The notes under the pieces were generated by a model. That model saw nothing but the letters and a program-made list of their open reading frames with translations, had not been told where the DNA came from and did no database searches. From contig JACKDP010000010.1 in the NCBI GenBank assembly GCA_020633435.1, forward strand, positions 184,154 through 248,153: 64,000 nt of DNA. The letters are read 5' to 3'. Positions 51,401 to 60,573 of the stretch are shown here, in pieces (positions within the stretch are counted from its first letter, which is position 1; each line of letters opens with the position of its first letter). This stretch comes from Myxococcales bacterium (GTDB taxonomy: Bacteria; Myxococcota_A; Bradymonadia; UBA7976; UBA1532). The translations under genes and the position numbers were made by a program.

Positions 51401-51578
51401 CGCGGCCGGCGTCGACCGGGCGGGCGGCGTCCGGCGGCGGCCGCGCCGCGTCTCCGGCGACGGCGTCCGCGGGCGGCGCCCCGTCGCGCGCCGCGTCCCC
51501 CACGTCTCGACGAGACGCGTTCTCCCCCTCGCAGCCGAAGAAGGCCGCCAGCAGCAACAGCAGCGTGACGCCGCGCAT
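48483..51578 (-). CDS. CotH-family lipoprotein with lamin-tail (LTD) domain
   Basis: ATG 51578 gives MRGVTLLLLLAAFFGC|EGE, 1031 aa. LTD: 'VVINEVLASNQTGLLDEDGDTPDWIELHNAGPDPVDLAGYGLSDD'. CotH core: 'CGVKIHGGWSRANAQRSLRF', 'VVLRNSGNDW', 'RDAVMHQIASGLGIAVMAYRPVAAYLNGEFWGIYNIRE'. Confidence 0.85.
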   Translation of the reverse strand: MRGVTLLLLLAAFFGCEGENASRRDVGDAARDGAPPADAVAGDAARPPPDAARPVDAGRDAAPDAAPPADAARPPRTRGVADAALDVDAAPPADAGIADAGLEVDAAPDVDAAPPDAAVVVCPPPPAVVINEVLASNQTGLLDEDGDTPDWIELHNAGPDPVDLAGYGLSDDPDEPFAWVMPPRVLAPDEYLVVLASGKDRRATVATWDTRIDWGALWRYLPVEAQQDPFWPQPGFDDSGWPEGPSGFGRADNDDATVVATHTIYVRHTFEVTAEEIADLQALLLHVDYDDGFVAYLNGVEVARALLGAPGVAPAPQQFADAAHEAVLVAGSQPEVFDLFPLADLLVPGENVLALELHDASAQSSDTSLIPFLTFGFGSGRPGAPSMHLDLPNRFIHTDFSLSASGETLTLTAPDGCEVDRLVVGRLPADASYGPGADGQLGYFIEPTPGGPNITEARRRFAAPPTLFPPPGHYPEGVEVTVDGGGAEVRVTQDSSEPGPDDPLADGAIPVGPAPGISVIRARAFAPNAWPSAIVTGTYLVAPPSTLPTVSMVTEPSNLWDVDTGIYVLGDSYQQNVPYFGANFWEDWERPLHVEFWEPGGEPGFSLDCGVKIHGGWSRANAQRSLRFIMRPGYGTASLEYPLFEGLDVQQFQRVVLRNSGNDWGGCNNGRCTPRSHLRDAVMHQIASGLGIAVMAYRPVAAYLNGEFWGIYNIRERPDRPYLQAHYGVDAVDLLEANVVVNEGDSDHYEQLLQVLRTEDIASPETYARVQALMDVDDFATYEIVQIFHDNEDWPGNNIKYWRPKTPEGKWRWLLYDTDFGLGWRNPNPAVDSVAFALRANGPNWPNPPWSTEVLRTLVRNPAFATRFINRYADYLNTAFRAERTRDILARTAATVRPEMQAHLIRWASGNEPAQALGAWENQVNGIDTWLRDRPGHAFNHIAANFGLGARYALTLQADPPEGGSFHLTAVAVPPAFTGTYFVGVPVTITAVPAEGFAFDGWDTPELGAEATVVVSPPADATFTARFVPAL

Positions 51579-51943
51579 CCTCGCACCCCCATCGCACCCT
51601 CGGAGGTGCAGCATAGCGCGGGCCCGCCAGCCGGCGCAGCCCCCCACCCACGAGGCCCGGCGCTCGCCGCGTCCACCGGGAAAAGCCAGTGAGAACAGGG
51701 GCATGGGGCCACCTGGCTCGTCAAACAACCTCGGCGGCCGCGCCCATCGCCGCGGCCACGCCGCTGGCCGCGACGATCGTCGGGACCGTGTCGGCCAGGT
51801 GACAAAGCGACCGGCGCGGCAAGGGGTGACGATGGGCCGGTGGCGGGGTAAGGTCGGGCGGTGGGAACCCTCCGCCACGACGCCTGCGGCCGACGCCACG
51901 CCGCCACCCTCGCCGAGCAGCGGCGGCAGGTGCGCTGAACGGC

Positions 51944-52978
51944 ATGCTCCTCGACGCCACCCCGGCCTTCACCGACGTGGTCGAGCAGGCCGCCGACGAC
52001 TACTTCGAGGCCCTGCTGCCTCGCTGCATCGACGCCTGGCTCGCGGGCCGCGGCTACCGCCTCATCGCCGAGATGCTGGACGCCCATGACGCGGACGACC
52101 TGGACGCCCTGCGGGCCCTCCCGGCGCCGACGCCCCGGGCCGTGGCCCTGGCCGCCCGGGCCCGCGTGCAGTGCCCCCTCGTCGTGGTCGGCAACCTCTA
52201 CGTCGACGCCCACGGCCACGCGGTGCTCGGCCAGTACGCCCACCGCAGCATCATCTCACCGCATTTTCTGCTGAGTTTTCAGGTGGTTTCGGAGGAGCAC
52301 CTCGTCACCTTGTTCGAGCCGGCGTTCCAGGCGGCCATCGCACCCGACCGCCTGGAGCACGAGGTGCGGCTGACGATCTTCCACGAGTACATCCATTACT
52401 TCGAGTCGTTCCTGCCCGCCGAGGAGCAGCCCCTCCGCGCCCGGGAGCAGGGCCGGCCCCACCGGCGGTACACCCCCGCCGAGGCCGCCCGCCTCGACCG
52501 CCGCTTCACCCGGCGGCGCCGCGCGCTCTTCATCGGCGGCCCGGCCGCGGCCATCGCCCTGGCCGTGGCCATCAGCCCCCAGCTCCAGGCTCCGCGCGAC
52601 GAGCTGGTCATGCGCGAGAAGGCCGCCCCGGCCCGGCCTCGGGACGCGGGCCCGCCGCGCGACATCCCCGCCGAGCGCGCCGCCCTCCGCCAGCGCCTGC
52701 TCGATGGCATCCTGGACGGCCTGACGCCCGCCCAGCTCGCGGCCCGGGTGGGCCTCCCGGTGGGCGACACGACCGACCGGGTGCTGCCGGGCATCTTCCA
52801 GTGGGCCGATCTGGTGCCCATCCCCGGCCGGCCCGGCCTGCCCGATGTGGCCGGCCTGCCGCTGCAGTGCTGGCGCCAGCCCGCCGAGGAGGTCCTCGGC
52901 ACGGACCTGCTCTGCGTGGCCTGGCGCGACGACGGCGCCGAGATCTTCGAGGCCCGCCCGACCCGGCGCGGCCGCTGA
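51944..52978 (+). CDS. Hypothetical membrane protein with an HExxH motif
   Basis: 344-aa ORF. It contains 'RLTIFHEYIHYFESF' (HExxH) and a single hydrophobic segment 'ALFIGGPAAAIALAVAISP'. It ends 4 nt before the PLD gene. Confidence 0.6.
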   Translation: MLLDATPAFTDVVEQAADDYFEALLPRCIDAWLAGRGYRLIAEMLDAHDADDLDALRALPAPTPRAVALAARARVQCPLVVVGNLYVDAHGHAVLGQYAHRSIISPHFLLSFQVVSEEHLVTLFEPAFQAAIAPDRLEHEVRLTIFHEYIHYFESFLPAEEQPLRAREQGRPHRRYTPAEAARLDRRFTRRRRALFIGGPAAAIALAVAISPQLQAPRDELVMREKAAPARPRDAGPPRDIPAERAALRQRLLDGILDGLTPAQLAARVGLPVGDTTDRVLPGIFQWADLVPIPGRPGLPDVAGLPLQCWRQPAEEVLGTDLLCVAWRDDGAEIFEARPTRRGR

Positions 52979-52982
52979 CCCC

Positions 52983-54242
52983 ATGTACCCGCCGCCGCCC
53001 ACCGCCACCACTGGCAACCAGATCGAGCTCCTCGTGGGCGAGATCGCCTTCTTCCGCCGCCTGGCCGCCGCCTTCGAGGGGGCGAAGGCGCGCATCTGGA
53101 TCTCGATCTCCTTCATCTCCGCCGACTTTCGCCTGCCGGACGGCCGCCCGCTCTGGACCCTGCTCGAGGGGGCCGCCGACCGCGGGGTGGAGGTCCGGTT
53201 GCTGGCCTGGCGCAACCCCGGCTTCTTCGCCCAGCGGCACCTGTTCGAGGGCCGCAACGTGCCTGCGCTGCACCCCGGCTGGGCAGTGCGCTGGCAGACG
53301 TCCCCCGACGCGGCCCACTGCCACCACGAGAAGGTCTGGATCGTCGACGCCGGCCGGCCTGACGTGCGCGCCTTCGTCGGCGGCGTGGTCATGACGCGCA
53401 CCGATCTGCCCGAGCGCGCCCGGGCCGGGATCGCCGAGGGCCGGCACGACCTGGCGGCCGAGGTGGCCGGCCCCGCCGCGGACGCCGTCGCCCAGGCCTT
53501 CGCGAGCCGCTGGGCCACGGCCGGTGGCGACGCCGGGCCGCCACCTCCGGCCTGGCAGCCGGCGCTCCGCCCGGGCACGGCCCGCGTGCAGGTCGCGCGC
53601 ACGCTCCGCCCCGGCGTCGACCGGCGCCACCCGGCGGGATCGTCGGAGATCCTGGCGGCCTGGCTGGCCGGCCTGCGCGCCGCCCGGCACACCGTCTACC
53701 TGGAGAACCAGCACCCCGGGGAGCCCCGCCTGCTGGCCGAGCTGGCGCGCGCCCTCGACCGCGGCGTGCAGGTCGTGCTCGTCGTGCCGGGCGAGCCCAT
53801 GGGCCCCATCGAGGTGGCCCGGCGGACCCGAAGTCCCCGCTACGCCGAGGTCTTCGACCGCCTCAGCGGCCTCGTGGCCCACCCCGGCTTCACCCTGGCC
53901 GCCGTCGCCCAGGGGGATCCGCTGGAGGAGGTCTACGTGCACGCCAAGCTCACCGTCGTGGACGGGGCGTGGCTGTCGGTCGGCTCGGCCAACTTCGTGG
54001 ACCTGAGCCTGACGGCGGACCACACCGAGCTGAACCTGGTCGTCTGGGACGCCGACGTCGCCGGGGGCCTGCTCCGGGCGCTGGCGAGGCTTCACGGCGT
54101 CGAGTCGCCGGCCACGCTGGGGGCCGAGGCCCGGGCCAACGCCGCCCGCCGGCGCCGGGGCGAGCCGATGGTGGGGCGCCTGTACGCCCTCGACCCGCGG
54201 CGCTACGCCCTGGGCGCGCCGGGCGAGGCGATCTGGGGGTGA
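52983..54242 (+). CDS. Phospholipase D-family protein (two HKD motifs)
   Basis: Start set at ATG 52983 (MYPPPPTATTGNQIELL...). HKD motif 1 is 'CHHEKVWIVD'. HKD motif 2 is 'VHAKLTVVDGAWLSVGSANF'. Confidence 0.85.
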   Translation: MYPPPPTATTGNQIELLVGEIAFFRRLAAAFEGAKARIWISISFISADFRLPDGRPLWTLLEGAADRGVEVRLLAWRNPGFFAQRHLFEGRNVPALHPGWAVRWQTSPDAAHCHHEKVWIVDAGRPDVRAFVGGVVMTRTDLPERARAGIAEGRHDLAAEVAGPAADAVAQAFASRWATAGGDAGPPPPAWQPALRPGTARVQVARTLRPGVDRRHPAGSSEILAAWLAGLRAARHTVYLENQHPGEPRLLAELARALDRGVQVVLVVPGEPMGPIEVARRTRSPRYAEVFDRLSGLVAHPGFTLAAVAQGDPLEEVYVHAKLTVVDGAWLSVGSANFVDLSLTADHTELNLVVWDADVAGGLLRALARLHGVESPATLGAEARANAARRRRGEPMVGRLYALDPRRYALGAPGEAIWG

Positions 54243-54249
54243 GCCTCGA

Positions 54250-56481
54250 TCAGCGCCCGACGCCGGGGCTCCACGCCGGGCGGGCCGGCAGCTTGCCCTC
54301 GAAGATGCGCTGCTGCCAGGCCTCGTCGGTCATGCGCTCGGCGGCCGGCGCCAGGAACTCGTAGTAGCTGTAGGTGGGGCCGACGTACGCCTGCAGGTCG
54401 TCGCCGCTGTCCACCAGCACGACCATGGGCCAGGCGTCCCCGACGGCCACCTCGAGCACCTGCCCGCTGTTGGTGTCGGTGTGCACGTCCGCGACCGTGG
54501 GATCCCACTCATCGGGGAACTTCCCGTAGAAGAGCTCCGGGTACCAGCCATCGTAGCGCGGGGGGCCGGAGCCGCCGCCGCTCTTGTCGATGGTCTTCTT
54601 GAGCCAGGCGGCGTCCTCGTCGGAGAAAGGCTGGCCGGCGAGCTCCTTGTCGGCCAGGCCGGCGAGGCGGTCGAGGTGGCCGGCCAGCGTCTCGAAGTAC
54701 CGCACCTGGCCGCCGATCAGGTTGGCGATCTGGTCGTGGCCCGGGGCCGCCAGCTTCGCGCCCGCGAGCTGCTTGCCCGTGAAGCGCGCGAGGGCCGAGA
54801 GCTTGCGGTAGAAGGCCGGGTAGGGCTCGACGAAGCCCGCCGGGTACTCGCAGCCCGCCATCGCCGTGTAGCTCTGCTTGCCGTACAGGATGGTGTCGTG
54901 GCGCAGCTCCGCCCACGAGCCGAGCTGGGCCTGGAGCTGCTTGCGCGCCCACGCCCGCGTCTGCATCGCCTTGGGGAAGAACTTCCGGTCGGCCGGCAGG
55001 TCGTCGAGGGCGCGCAGGGCGTCGAGCCAGCGGTGGTAGAGGTTGGCCTCCCACGTCCGGGCGGGCCAGGCGTCGACGAGCGCGCGGGCGGCGCTCAGGT
55101 TGGCGGCGTAGTGCCACTGCGTCAGCTCGGGCTCCAGCAGGCGGGCAGCCTCGTCGTTGCCCAGCGCGGCCATCACGTCCAGGCCGGTGGGCAGGTACCG
55201 GCGCGTCTTCTCGCCCTTGAAGAGGATGCTGTCGTAGACGACCTGCGAGAGCACGAAGCTGTCGAGCAGGAAGCGCTGCCCGAAAAGCTGAAACAAAGCA
55301 GGCGGTTGCACGCTCTGCGGGTCGTCGGGCATCGAGAGCACCCACTGCGACCGGATGCGCTGGGCGGCCAGGCCGGTGGCCACGAGCTGGGCCTTGAGCT
55401 CAGCGTCACGCTTCGCGTCCGCCAGGTCGGCGGCCGACTTCACGCCCACCTGCGCCAGCAGCCCCGCGAGCTGGTCGACGCGCAGGTTGTCGCTCTGGCC
55501 CACCAGGAAGGTGATGATCTCGTCCACCGCGGCCAGGCGCGGGGTGCCGCCCGAGGCGGCGAGGGCCAGCACCAGCCGCGCGGCCACCCGGCGCTCCCGG
55601 TCCGCGTCCACCTGCGTCCCCGCCGGCGGCGTCGTCACGTTCAGCCCGGTGTCCGCGCGCCCGAGCCACATCAGCGTGCGGAAGTACGCCTGCAGCTCGC
55701 CGCTCTTGGTGTAGTGCCCCCGTGGGCGGAACTGCGACCAGTCCACCGCGCGCAGGCCGCCGTAGATCGACGTGGCGGGGGCCTGCTCGAGCTCGAGCGC
55801 CCGGACCTTCATCAGCACCGCCAGCGCGGCGTCGTCCTGGCCGAGGGCCGAGACCACCTGGATCTTGCCGTTCCAGCCGCCGAAGTAGGGCTCGCCCTCG
55901 GGGCCGCCCGCGCCACGCAGCAGGTTCAGGGCGACGGTGAGGTAAAGCTCCGCGTCCAGAGCCGCCGGCGCCGGCGGCGTCCCCGCCTCGGCCACCACCG
56001 CGTCCCGCGCCTTCATCAGCACGTCGCGGAGGATGGGCGTGAAGACCTGGGTCTCCAGCCGCATGAGCACCTGATCGAAGGAGACGTGGAGCGCGTGCAG
56101 GAGCGAGTCGGTGGTGACCAGCACCGGCAGGTCCTTCATGTAGAGGTGCTGGTAGATGGAGGCCATGGAGTAGCGCTGGCCCCCATCGAAGGCCACGAAG
56201 CCGTCCTGCTTCAGGCGGGCCAGGTGCGGCTCGGCCAGGCCGAAGGCCTGCTGGATGGCCGTGAAGTGGTCGGCCTTGGCGGGGTCGAGGCCCGGGTCGG
56301 CGAGGAAGCCCGGATCGGGCAGCGCCGCGAGGAAGGCCTCGGCCGTCTGGTCGGGGAAGCGCCCCAGCAGGGATCCATAGGCCTCCGCCTCGAACCCGGT
56401 CGGGTCAGGCGGCGTGTCGGCGACGGCGGGCAGCGGCGCGAGGGCGGCGAGGGCCGAGAGGGCGAGGACGCGAGGGGACAT
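54250..56481 (-). CDS. Large secreted protein, DUF3160-like (family label from memory, unverified)
   Basis: ATG 56481 gives MSPRVLALSALAALAPLPAVA|DTP, 743 aa. Composition is non-repetitive and globular throughout. Confidence 0.7.
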   Translation of the reverse strand: MSPRVLALSALAALAPLPAVADTPPDPTGFEAEAYGSLLGRFPDQTAEAFLAALPDPGFLADPGLDPAKADHFTAIQQAFGLAEPHLARLKQDGFVAFDGGQRYSMASIYQHLYMKDLPVLVTTDSLLHALHVSFDQVLMRLETQVFTPILRDVLMKARDAVVAEAGTPPAPAALDAELYLTVALNLLRGAGGPEGEPYFGGWNGKIQVVSALGQDDAALAVLMKVRALELEQAPATSIYGGLRAVDWSQFRPRGHYTKSGELQAYFRTLMWLGRADTGLNVTTPPAGTQVDADRERRVAARLVLALAASGGTPRLAAVDEIITFLVGQSDNLRVDQLAGLLAQVGVKSAADLADAKRDAELKAQLVATGLAAQRIRSQWVLSMPDDPQSVQPPALFQLFGQRFLLDSFVLSQVVYDSILFKGEKTRRYLPTGLDVMAALGNDEAARLLEPELTQWHYAANLSAARALVDAWPARTWEANLYHRWLDALRALDDLPADRKFFPKAMQTRAWARKQLQAQLGSWAELRHDTILYGKQSYTAMAGCEYPAGFVEPYPAFYRKLSALARFTGKQLAGAKLAAPGHDQIANLIGGQVRYFETLAGHLDRLAGLADKELAGQPFSDEDAAWLKKTIDKSGGGSGPPRYDGWYPELFYGKFPDEWDPTVADVHTDTNSGQVLEVAVGDAWPMVVLVDSGDDLQAYVGPTYSYYEFLAPAAERMTDEAWQQRIFEGKLPARPAWSPGVGR

Positions 56482-56642
56482 GCGGACTCCGGCAGATCGT
56501 TCGGGCCGGTGCTGCAACGCACCGGGGCCGAGACCGATCTAGCCGGTTTGTCGGGAGACGTCGAGGGCCGCGGGCGCACGGAGGGCGTCGCGGTCGACCC
56601 GATCGAGCGGCGCTGAGGGAGGCTGGCCCGGAGGCCGGCCGA

Positions 56643-56927
56643 TCAGAGGCCGGCGAGGCGGCGGCGGATGCGCGTCTGCAGCGCGCGGGCGCGCTTGGAC
56701 AGCAGCTCCGGCGACTGCCGGATGATGAAGCGATCCAGCCCACCGACGTGGTCCACCGTGCGCAGCGCGCTGGTGGCCACCGTGAGGACGAAGTAGTCGT
56801 CCAGCGCCTCGCTGTACATCCGCCGACGCTGGGTGTTGGGCTTGACCCAGCGCTTGGTGGCGATGTGGGAGTGGCTGACGATGTTCTTGACCAGGGGGCC
56901 CTTCCCGGTGAGCTCGCAGCGTGCCAT
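56643..56927 (-). CDS. rpmB: 50S ribosomal protein L28
   Basis: Start re-set to ATG 56927, giving 94 aa: 'MARCELTGKGPLVKNIVSHSHIATKRWVKPNTQ...'. This matches the L28 signature (MA..C..TGK....GN.VSHS..KTKR.F.PN.Q). Confidence 0.9.
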   Translation of the reverse strand: MARCELTGKGPLVKNIVSHSHIATKRWVKPNTQRRRMYSEALDDYFVLTVATSALRTVDHVGGLDRFIIRQSPELLSKRARALQTRIRRRLAGL

Positions 56928-57076
56928 GGTCTCCTCCACAAATCCTGATTGCCGCCGCCCGTCGTCCACGCGGAACCACCTGGGTCGGTCGTAGAAGCGG
57001 GCGCGGAAGATATGCCGGTCTGGCCCTGGGCGCAAGTCCCTTTATCCGGCGAGGTCGACGGGGGAGCGAGGCGAGG

Positions 57077-58384
57077 GTGTCGCTGGTCGGGCCGATCATC
57101 GTGCTGGGCATGGGCCTCGGGGCCCTCGGCGTGCACCTGCACGCCTACCGGGCGTGGCGGCGGACGGCCGATCGGCTCGGCCTGTCCTTCTCCGAGGAGA
57201 GCTTCTGGGGGGACTGGGAGATCTACGGCGAGATCCGCGGCTGCCGGGTCCGCGTCGAGAACCTCAAGTCCCGCCTGCAGCGCAACGGCCGCTACACCCG
57301 CATCACCGTCGTTGGAAGTGGCCGGATCTCCACGGGAATCAGCCTGAAGTCCGAGTCCATCCTCACCGCGGCCCGCAAGGTGATCGAGGGCGAGGACGTG
57401 CTGGTCGGCGACGCCGAGTTCGACGCGCGGGTGCACATGAAGGGGCGCGACGAGGTGCTGCTGGCCGTGCTGGACGCCCGGACCCGGGGCACCGTCCGCC
57501 GCTTCTTCACCACCTGGCGCGGCGAGGTCACGGGCGGTGAGGTCCTGCGCGACGCCCGCACGGTCATCCGCCGGGCCAGCACCCTGGAGCGCCTCATCCT
57601 CGACGCCGTCCGGCTGGCCGAGTCGGTGCAGGCCCCCGAGGGCGGCTACTGGGCGGCCCTGCTGGCGAACCTGGAGCGGGATCCCGAGGTGGGCGTCCGC
57701 CGGCGCTGCCTGGGCCTGCTGCTCGGGCGGGACGGCCCCACCCGGGAGCGCGCCATCCAGATCGCCCTCGGCGACGCCGACGCCGGCATCCGGTTCCAGG
57801 CGGCCGCGGAGGCCGGACCGCCCGGCTACCCGGTGCTGGAGGCGCTGCTCGACGAGCCCACGGGCGCCGTCGGCGTGCAGGCCCTGGAGCGCCTCGTCGC
57901 CGTCGAGCCCGCCGTGGGGTTGAGCCGCGTCATGGGCATCATCAACGGCGCCCCCGCCCGCCTGACGGCCGTCGCCCTGCGCATCGCCGGGGAGGCCCGG
58001 CTGCGGCAGCTCCTGGCCCGCATCCAGCACCTGGCCGGCCACCCCGACGCGGCCATCGCCGCGGCGGCAGCCGACGCCCTGGGGGGCCTGGGCGATCCGG
58101 CGTCCGAGGGCGTGCTGGTGAGGCAGCTCGAGCACCTGGCGCCCGCCGTCCGGGAGCACGCGGCGACGGCCCTGGGCGAGGTGGGCACGCTCGCCGCCGT
58201 CCAGCCGCTCCTCGCCGCCGCCGCCCAGGGCGGCCTCAAGGCGCCGGCGCGCGCGGCCATCCAGCGCATCCAGGGGCGCCACGCCCGCGCGGGCGCCGGC
58301 GCCCTCGCCGTCGTGCGCGAGGCCCAGGCCGGGCAGCTGGCCCTGGGGCCCGAGGCCGGGCAGGTCGGGCTCGTCGACGACTGA
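57077..58384 (+). CDS. Membrane-anchored HEAT-repeat protein
   Basis: GTG 57077 gives M/VSLVGPIIVLGMGLGALGVHL (TM helix). An unassigned ~170-aa domain follows, then HEAT-like repeats ('DPEVGVRRRCLGLL', 'DADAGIRFQAAAEAG', 'DAAIAAAAADALGGLGDP', 'VREHAATALGEVG'). Confidence 0.7.
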   Translation: MSLVGPIIVLGMGLGALGVHLHAYRAWRRTADRLGLSFSEESFWGDWEIYGEIRGCRVRVENLKSRLQRNGRYTRITVVGSGRISTGISLKSESILTAARKVIEGEDVLVGDAEFDARVHMKGRDEVLLAVLDARTRGTVRRFFTTWRGEVTGGEVLRDARTVIRRASTLERLILDAVRLAESVQAPEGGYWAALLANLERDPEVGVRRRCLGLLLGRDGPTRERAIQIALGDADAGIRFQAAAEAGPPGYPVLEALLDEPTGAVGVQALERLVAVEPAVGLSRVMGIINGAPARLTAVALRIAGEARLRQLLARIQHLAGHPDAAIAAAAADALGGLGDPASEGVLVRQLEHLAPAVREHAATALGEVGTLAAVQPLLAAAAQGGLKAPARAAIQRIQGRHARAGAGALAVVREAQAGQLALGPEAGQVGLVDD

Positions 58385-58413
58385 GCCCCCAACCGTCTGA
58401 ATTCAAAGGCTTT

Positions 58414-60324
58414 CTAGAAGAGCGTGTACGAGAAGCGCAGCTGCAGGTTGTGCTCCGTCAGCACGCCTTCCTCCAGCGTCAACGCCGCGTTCTGCACGGC
58501 GTTGAAGCGGTAGGTGAGCGACGCGAAGCTGGCGAGCCGCAGGTTCACCTGGTTGCGCCACGTAAAGATGAAGGGCGCCCCCGTGTCGAAGGGCAGCAGC
58601 GAGTCGAACTCGGTGCTCAGCGTGATCCAGCGCGAGACGCGGGCCTGGCCGATGGCCGTGCTCTCCACCCCTTCGACGTGGTCGTCCTTCACGGGCACCA
58701 GGCGGTCGGGGCTGCCATCCTGCAGCACGAGCAGCCCGTTGGCGACGAGTTGCCGCGCCCCGATGCCGAGGCGCAGGTTGAGCTCGGCCGTCCGCGACTG
58801 GAACACCTTGAAGTTGCCGCCGGTGCCCTGGATGAACTCCAGCGGGGCGAAGCTGTCGGCGATCTGCACGCGGTCGACGCCGGTGAAGATGATGTCCCCG
58901 TTCTCATCGGCCACGTCCTCCGGCGCCTCGAACTCGGCGTGGCGCGGCAGGATCTGCGTCTCCAGGCCGGCGCGCACGTAGGGCCCGAACCAGTCCACCA
59001 GCGAGTAGGTGTAGATGGTGTGCAGGAACAGGCGATCCTTGAGGTTGCGCAGCCGGCTCTCGCCCGAGGGGCGCGTCTGGCTCTCCTCGGCCTCCAGCCG
59101 CGTCACCCAGCGGTGGTCGCCGGCCGTCATGCGGGCGGCCACGTCCAGGAAGACGTTGAGGACGAGGGACCAGCCCTCGCTGGTGGCCGCGACGGCGTTG
59201 CGCAGGAAGACGACGTCGCCGCCCAGGATGCCGGTGAAGTTCCAGGTGCGGTCGGTGGGCTCGCCCTCGTCGGCCAGCCCGGCCCCCTCGAAGTCGCCGG
59301 TGTCGGGGTTCTGGACGAGGACGAAGCGCGTCATCTCGCCCGGCAGCAGCCGCACCGTGCTGAAGTTGGTGCGGTCGCGGTAGGTGCCGCCGGACTGGAC
59401 GATCTTGTAGGTGCCGGGCGGCAGCACCCAGACGCGCAGCTGCTCGCCCAGCAGGGCGTCGGCGCCGAAGCCCAGGCCCACCACCTCGCGGTCGTCCATG
59501 TTGATGAGCTCGTAGGTGCCGCGGAAGGGCACGAACTGGGGATCGACGACCTGGATCTCGAGGGCGGCGTAGGCGGCGGGCACCACGGTCGTCCGCCCCG
59601 CCTCGACGTTCAGCTCGACGCGCACCTGCTGGTGCTCGGCGCCGTCGCCGAACCGCAGCGTGTGCGTGCCGGGCGCCACCACGATACGGCGGCCGGGCCG
59701 GCCCTCCGCCAAGGCGGTGCGGCCGTCGAACACCGTCACCAGCGGCTCGCGGTCGTCCAGGCCGAGGGAGGGCAGGAAGACGGCGCCCATGCCCGCCGGC
59801 ACGACCGTCGCGTCCTCGCGCAGCTGCGGGTGGTCGTCCCAGAACTGCGTCGGATCGGGGCCGATGACGGTCTCGACCGGCGGCGGATCCGGCTGGGGCA
59901 GGGGCTCGTCGCTCTCCTGGCCGAAGACGCGGCACTGGAGCTTCTCGATGTCCACCTCATCGACGGGGTAGAGCGCGCAGACGGCCAGGCAGGTGCCCCG
60001 GTTGCCGAGGAAGACGTCGGGGCAGCGGATCGCCATGTCGTCGCAGTAGGTCTCGCACGCGGCCGAGGCGACGGGCGGCGGCGGGATGACCACGACGGCC
60101 ACCGTGGCGGGGGCGGCGCTGGGCGGGGCGACCGGGGCGGCCGGCGCCGCGGGCTCGGCGGCCGGCGGCGCCGACCCCGGGCCCGCGGTGGGCACGTCAT
60201 CGGGGACGGCCAGCGCGGCGGCGGGCGTCCAGGCGAGGGTCCAGAGGACCAGCAGGGAGAGTCGGCTCACCGCCGCAGCATAGAGGCCCGCCGAGCCAGC
60301 GGGAAGGGCTACCTGCGCCTGCAT
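58414..60324 (-). CDS. Putative outer-membrane protein: Cys-rich N-domain, PEGA-like domain, C-terminal beta-barrel
   Basis: ATG 60324 (MQAQV...) or GTG 60270 (M/VSRLSLLVLWTLAWTPAAALA|VPDD). The C-terminus '...NLQLRFSYTLF' ends in Phe, as in OMP beta-signals. The last ~300 aa have alternating beta-strand periodicity. Confidence 0.65.
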   Translation of the reverse strand: MQAQVALPAGSAGLYAAAVSRLSLLVLWTLAWTPAAALAVPDDVPTAGPGSAPPAAEPAAPAAPVAPPSAAPATVAVVVIPPPPVASAACETYCDDMAIRCPDVFLGNRGTCLAVCALYPVDEVDIEKLQCRVFGQESDEPLPQPDPPPVETVIGPDPTQFWDDHPQLREDATVVPAGMGAVFLPSLGLDDREPLVTVFDGRTALAEGRPGRRIVVAPGTHTLRFGDGAEHQQVRVELNVEAGRTTVVPAAYAALEIQVVDPQFVPFRGTYELINMDDREVVGLGFGADALLGEQLRVWVLPPGTYKIVQSGGTYRDRTNFSTVRLLPGEMTRFVLVQNPDTGDFEGAGLADEGEPTDRTWNFTGILGGDVVFLRNAVAATSEGWSLVLNVFLDVAARMTAGDHRWVTRLEAEESQTRPSGESRLRNLKDRLFLHTIYTYSLVDWFGPYVRAGLETQILPRHAEFEAPEDVADENGDIIFTGVDRVQIADSFAPLEFIQGTGGNFKVFQSRTAELNLRLGIGARQLVANGLLVLQDGSPDRLVPVKDDHVEGVESTAIGQARVSRWITLSTEFDSLLPFDTGAPFIFTWRNQVNLRLASFASLTYRFNAVQNAALTLEEGVLTEHNLQLRFSYTLF

Positions 60325-60573
60325 TTCCTCACATGGGATCAGTGGTGGGATGATGTGAGACCGCGGCCGACAAGTGCAATCATTACGGGCATGTAGGCCG
60401 ATCTGGGTGGCCCGGGCCTGCCAGCCTGGTGGTTCAGCCGCCCTCCACCGGTGCGCCAAAAAATGTGCAGCGATTCCGGCGGATTGGCTCCCATGCGCCG
60501 CGGTCTTCCGATGCATGTGTTATTTTGAACTCCGAATTTCGTGGTCATCTGGTGATCGCCGGAAAGGGGTGGC

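Noticed and set aside
56621-56640. Rho-independent terminator after rpmB ('ggctggcc cgga ggccggcc')
   Set aside because: An 8-bp stem with one G-U pair exists immediately after the stop. No U-tract follows and the stem is short for this GC content. It is too weak to list as a feature.
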